A model generated the notes under the pieces. The model worked only from the letters and a program-made list of their open reading frames with translations, searched no databases and was not told the origin of the DNA. Positions 60,284-64,000 of a stretch of DNA of 64,000 nucleotides are shown in pieces. Positions within the stretch are counted from its first letter, which is position 1. Each line of letters starts with the position of its first letter. This stretch comes from a virus: IMG/VR virus record IMGVR_UViG_3300023110_000024, positions 1-64,000 of that record. One strand, given 5' to 3'. Position numbers and translations under genes: made by a program.

Positions 60284-60784
60284 TTAGAGCTTATCTTCTT
60301 CTACTTGTGCTTCCATTTTTACAGGCTCAGACTCTTCAGATGATCTTGTAACCTTTTCTTTGATTTGCTCAAACATTGTTTTCTCTTCTTTTTTAGCCGC
60401 TGGTGCTGGCTTTGGTTCAGCTTTTGCGTTTGGTGCTGTAAATCCTGGATTAGTATCAAAGCTCCAAGGTTGTCGAGTTCCGTGGAGTTTTGGGTCAGAG
60501 GAAACAATAGTCATTACTTTATTTTTGAGTGTGCCAACTTGTACTAGTGATCCGTCTTTTAGTTTGACATTAATAATCATCTGTCCTTCTGTTAGTGAGC
60601 TCATTTGTCGAACTTCATTTTGGACTAGATGGCATACTGCTCGATTTCCGTTAGCGTCTTGACATCTAAATTTACGATTCCCAATCTTTCGAATGATCCA
60701 TCCTTGAACGCTCTCTTGTCCATTGTGGAATTGACATTTGATTGGGTTGTCTGCTAGCTTTGATACGCCTAGTGGGCCTGACAT
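60284..60784 (-). CDS. hypothetical protein
   Basis: AGGAG RBS; GWIIRKIGNRKFRC. Confidence 0.7.
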   Translation of the reverse strand: MSGPLGVSKLADNPIKCQFHNGQESVQGWIIRKIGNRKFRCQDANGNRAVCHLVQNEVRQMSSLTEGQMIINVKLKDGSLVQVGTLKNKVMTIVSSDPKLHGTRQPWSFDTNPGFTAPNAKAEPKPAPAAKKEEKTMFEQIKEKVTRSSEESEPVKMEAQVEEDKL

Positions 60785-60804
60785 TTTTTTCTCCTAATAT
60801 AGAT

Positions 60805-60835
60805 ATTATGACTCATCACCATAATGAGTCATAAT
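60805..60835. repeat. perfect 12-bp inverted repeat
   Basis: ATTATGACTCAT-CACCATA-ATGAGTCATAAT. Confidence 0.8.
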
Positions 60836-60868
60836 GTGTTACTGTATTTAGCCGTATATTAGAAATGA

Positions 60869-61006
60869 TTATTTTGTTTTTTTGTGAGGTTGAGGTTTGA
60901 GTTGTTGTTTTGCCCAGTTAGGCAAGTCTTTGTAGCGGTACTGAGTCATACCAATTGTGTCATTTTCGTCTAGGTTCCATTCGGGTAGAGGATCAGGTTG
61001 TTCCAT
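60869..61006 (-). CDS. possible 45-aa protein not in the ORF track
   Basis: MEQPDPLPEWNLDENDTIGMTQYRYKDLPNWAKQQLKPQPHKKTK; overlaps the iscU end and fills the gap. Confidence 0.4.
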   Translation of the reverse strand: MEQPDPLPEWNLDENDTIGMTQYRYKDLPNWAKQQLKPQPHKKTK

Positions 61007-61388
61007 TTTCAGTGCATTGCTTTCTTCTATAGTCGTCTATTGCTTGTTTGATGGCGTCTTCTGCCAGTACAGAGCAATGAATTTTTACTGGAGGTAGAGA
61101 GAGTTCGTCAACTATGTGTGTGTTTTTGATTTCCAACGCCTCGTCCACTGTCTTACCTTTAATCCATTCTGTAGCTAGGCTTGAGGATGCAATCGCAGAT
61201 CCACATCCAAAGGTTTTGAACTTTGCGTCAGTTATTTTTCCGTCTTCAACTTGTATTTGTAGCTTCATCACATCTCCGCACTCTGGTGCTCCTACTAGGC
61301 CTGTGCCTACATTAGGTGCGGTTTTGTCTAGAGATCCGACGTTGCGTGGGTTGTCGTAGTGATCAATTACGCCTGTTGAGTATGCCAT
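60993..61388 (-). CDS. iscU: Fe-S cluster scaffold protein IscU
   Basis: DHYDNPRNVG, GAPECGDVMKLQI, FKTFGCGSAIASSS, LPPVKIHCS; all three Cys ligands and the LPPVK HscA-binding motif are present. Confidence 0.97.
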   Translation of the reverse strand: MAYSTGVIDHYDNPRNVGSLDKTAPNVGTGLVGAPECGDVMKLQIQVEDGKITDAKFKTFGCGSAIASSSLATEWIKGKTVDEALEIKNTHIVDELSLPPVKIHCSVLAEDAIKQAIDDYRRKQCTENGTT

Positions 61389-62518
61389 TACTTGTTGCCT
61401 TTATTGTTGCCATTGTTGTTTTCGTTCCCATTGCCATTACCATTAGAGTTCCCATTGCCATTGCTAGCATCACTATCGTCATTATCATCATTATTTCCAT
61501 TATTATTGTCATTCCCGTTATCATCGTCAACTATATTAACCTTTAATTCTTCATTTGTATAGCTACTAGTTCCATTAGTAATGTTATCAATATTTATCAA
61601 TATGTTCTCATTACCATTAGAATCATTAACATTATCGTCAATTGCGATTATAGTAATATAATTACTTGTTCCGCCAGCTAAAATGTCAATCCAGCTTGAG
61701 GATATTGAGTAGTCTTCTCCTGCTGCAGCTGTTCCTGTAACTTTTAGTGTAACTCTTACATCTACAGTTGTAACTTCTGACAAGGTTGCGGTTACAGTTA
61801 CATTGTCTTGATTTGCTTCTTTGATGTTATCCCCAGATATAGTTACAGTTACAATAGGAATTACTGGAGGAGGTTCTTCTTTAGGTTCTTCTTCCTCTTT
61901 GCCATACTCTTGTAGCGTAGTAGAAAGAACTTTTAGCTCTTCGTTGTCAGCAATATGCTCTGCCAATCCTTCTGATGATAGGGTTTGATGTAGGTGATCC
62001 AGTGCGTCTTCTGCTGTAACCATTGTCTTTCCTACAGTTGCAGTTACAACGGCTGCTTCTTCAGCAAACGAATCTACAGGTACGTCAAACTCTACAGACT
62101 CATACTTTAGTTTTTCTCTTGTGTTTGATGCGATTGTGATGCCATTTGACGGATCTCCGTCAGCATCTAGTGTCTGTAATAGTCTAGATAGGTTGATTAC
62201 TTTGTTATCTGCTGTACCAGAAGCGCCCATTACCTCTACTGGTGTTAGGGTAGGACCGGCTGTTGTAGTGCCTAAGTCAATATTACCTAGCTGAAAGGAT
62301 ACAGTGTCGCCCGGATTATACCAAAATCTACCTTGTTCATCTGTAATACCACCAAGTCCTGAGGAGGTTTGGTAATCTACGCCAGCTACTTCTGAGTCTT
62401 TGAATACGCCTGGTGTGCCTTCTCGTATCACATCATCCACAGTTAGGATTTCATCTTCGCTCAATGGGGCGCAGGATACAAGTAATAAGGGTATGAGTAC
62501 TTTAGAAAGGTGAGACAT
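61388..62518 (-). CDS. lipoprotein with Calx-beta-like domain and Asn/Gly-rich tail
   Basis: Lipobox LVSC; LQTLDADGDPSNGI; GTAAAGEDY...IDDNVND..E Calx-beta-like; NGN repeats. Confidence 0.75.
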   Translation of the reverse strand: MSHLSKVLIPLLLVSCAPLSEDEILTVDDVIREGTPGVFKDSEVAGVDYQTSSGLGGITDEQGRFWYNPGDTVSFQLGNIDLGTTTAGPTLTPVEVMGASGTADNKVINLSRLLQTLDADGDPSNGITIASNTREKLKYESVEFDVPVDSFAEEAAVVTATVGKTMVTAEDALDHLHQTLSSEGLAEHIADNEELKVLSTTLQEYGKEEEEPKEEPPPVIPIVTVTISGDNIKEANQDNVTVTATLSEVTTVDVRVTLKVTGTAAAGEDYSISSSWIDILAGGTSNYITIIAIDDNVNDSNGNENILINIDNITNGTSSYTNEELKVNIVDDDNGNDNNNGNNDDNDDSDASNGNGNSNGNGNGNENNNGNNKGNK

Positions 62519-62531
62519 TATTGCAGCCCAT

Positions 62532-62558
62532 AAAAAAAGGAGCCAATAATTGACTCCT
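62532..62558 (-). terminator. rho-independent terminator after the major capsid gene
   Basis: Minus strand AGGAGTCAAT-T-ATTGGCTCCT followed by a T-run. Confidence 0.75.
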
Positions 62559-62583
62559 AATTTTATTTATCGACTTTGCAGTA

Positions 62584-63753
62584 TTACATAAAGGAAATGG
62601 TACTATCCTTAATACCAATTTTTCCTAAGTAATCAGCAGCATTACCAAGAGATGATGCAGTGTTTGTCAGCTCTACGTATCCGTATCGTGTCATAAACGA
62701 AACGACTGGCTCGAAGGTAGCTGGATCAAGCACAACGCCTGAACTCATCAATGGAATGTATGGACAGTAGAATGCAGGAGCATCGCTTTCAGATGTACCT
62801 TTGTATCCGATCAATACAGGAGCATCGTCACGAGCATATGTATCTACATAAATCTTCATGGAGTTATTCAAAGTTCCTACAAACTTGGTGTTAGTTGGAG
62901 CTTCAAATGTTCCTTCTGTTGTGCGAGCGAATGCACTTGTAGTTGCGCTCTGTAGGATTGTAAGTGTAAGAGGACTTACAACGGCCCAGTTAGCAGCACC
63001 ACGTCGTGTTCGCTGAGCGATTACGTTAGCAGCACGGTTAATCAATACTGCCAAAGCGGCATGCTCGTCACCAACGAATGTAGCATCGCCTGAAGTCATT
63101 GTTTGATCGAATTCAAACAAAGGTGATCCGCCAAGAACCTTCAAACTTTGAAGAACTTCTTGATCAATTTCAACTGTAATTTCTTGTGCAAGAGCAGCCA
63201 TTATTTCTGCTTCAACATCAATTCCGTGCATAGCTTGAGCATCTTGAGCTGCTTCAAAGGTCCAACGAGCACTTAGCTTTCGTGTCTTTGCTTCAACTGT
63301 TTGCTTCAAGATTTGAATTGACATCTTGCGTCCAGCGATACCTTCCATTGACGCTGTTGGGAGTGGCTTTCCATCAGGATCAGTTCCACCACCGGAGTAG
63401 GAAGTAGCAATTTTCCATGGTGTCAATGCTTCTTCACCTGCTGTTACGTTATCGTATGTATCTGCATAACGTACACGCAATGTATGAATCTGTCCTACCG
63501 GGCCGGTAAGAGGTTGAACACCAATAATTTCGTTAGCAATAACGGTAGGCATAACTCTTCGAATAACGGGAAGAATTACACGGTTCAATGTGGCAATATT
63601 ACCAGCTGAGGTTGTTCCAGCGGAAGCACTCTCAATAAGATGCTTTCGTGTGTTCTCAAGTGTAGTTGCCATTACGCTTTTCTTAATACCTTGCAAGCCT
63701 TCAAGAAGTGCTCCTTTGGTATCCTGCCAGCGACTTTCTAACAATTCTGACAT
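62584..63753 (-). CDS. gp23: major capsid protein gp23-like
   Basis: IRRVMP, IGVQPLTGPVG, AKTRKLSARWTFEAAQD, TRRG, FYCPYIPL, FEPVVSFMTRYG. Confidence 0.97.
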   Translation of the reverse strand: MSELLESRWQDTKGALLEGLQGIKKSVMATTLENTRKHLIESASAGTTSAGNIATLNRVILPVIRRVMPTVIANEIIGVQPLTGPVGQIHTLRVRYADTYDNVTAGEEALTPWKIATSYSGGGTDPDGKPLPTASMEGIAGRKMSIQILKQTVEAKTRKLSARWTFEAAQDAQAMHGIDVEAEIMAALAQEITVEIDQEVLQSLKVLGGSPLFEFDQTMTSGDATFVGDEHAALAVLINRAANVIAQRTRRGAANWAVVSPLTLTILQSATTSAFARTTEGTFEAPTNTKFVGTLNNSMKIYVDTYARDDAPVLIGYKGTSESDAPAFYCPYIPLMSSGVVLDPATFEPVVSFMTRYGYVELTNTASSLGNAADYLGKIGIKDSTISFM

Positions 63754-63764
63754 TTAATTTCTCC

Positions 63765-64000
63765 TTAATTAAGTCCTGCAAGTCTGCGAATGTCGATGAC
63801 ATTATCCCTTGCACCTGTTTGTTGTGTTTCGTCTTTTACTTTCTTGTTGCCTGTTATTTCTTTGCCTTCTGTTAACGTTGCCTTTTTAGTTTTTGGTTTT
63901 GAGTCTTCATTCAATACAGTCGGTAGGTATTTGTCGAAGGAAGATTTTAGTCGATCAGTTTGAACACTTTCTAACAAGTCCACCATAATAGTCTTTTGTG
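63765..64000 (-). CDS. prohead scaffolding protein gp22-like (3' end only)
   Basis: Directly upstream of gp23; frame appears to continue to the window edge; ends DIRRLAGLN. Confidence 0.75.
   Translation of the reverse strand, partial: QKTIMVDLLESVQTDRLKSSFDKYLPTVLNEDSKPKTKKATLTEGKEITGNKKVKDETQQTGARDNVIDIRRLAGLN

Noticed and set aside
1-64000. Stop-codon reassignment, as seen in some large phages
   Set aside because: Core genes are full length in code 11, and TAA, TAG and TGA all serve as stops

Overview
A 64-kb segment of a large T4-like (Tevenvirinae-related, probably aquatic) myophage genome, read in the standard genetic code and mostly on the minus strand. From the window start: partial UvsW helicase; a six-gene glycan-modification cluster (two KpsS/Capsule_synth-like, three GT-A-type glycosyltransferases, and a polysaccharide pyruvyltransferase split by a frameshift at an A7 tract); uvsY, uvsX, tRNA-Thr(UGU) and gp32; three exported/lipoprotein genes; terminase with putative internal head proteins, including a 2035-aa giant; gp4, tail tube, an enlarged 1148-aa sheath, dNMP kinase, neck gp13/gp14/gp15 and a Nudix hydrolase; a ~26-kb array of over 20 fibre/adhesin genes; an iscU plus lipoprotein cassette; major capsid gp23 and the end of the scaffold gene. 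The most striking unexplained signal is a two-motif 'plug and socket' code shared by fibre proteins, three tiny adaptor-only proteins, the sheath insertion and the neck, which suggests a modular, daisy-chained or branched fibre assembly system. Other notable signals: a D-x-R/K-R/K-L-A/S-G-L peptide shared by the scaffold and putative head cargo proteins, a possibly phase-variable pyruvyltransferase, and an RBS-sequestering hairpin with a late promoter in its loop. All assignments come from motif recognition by eye; no database searches were run.
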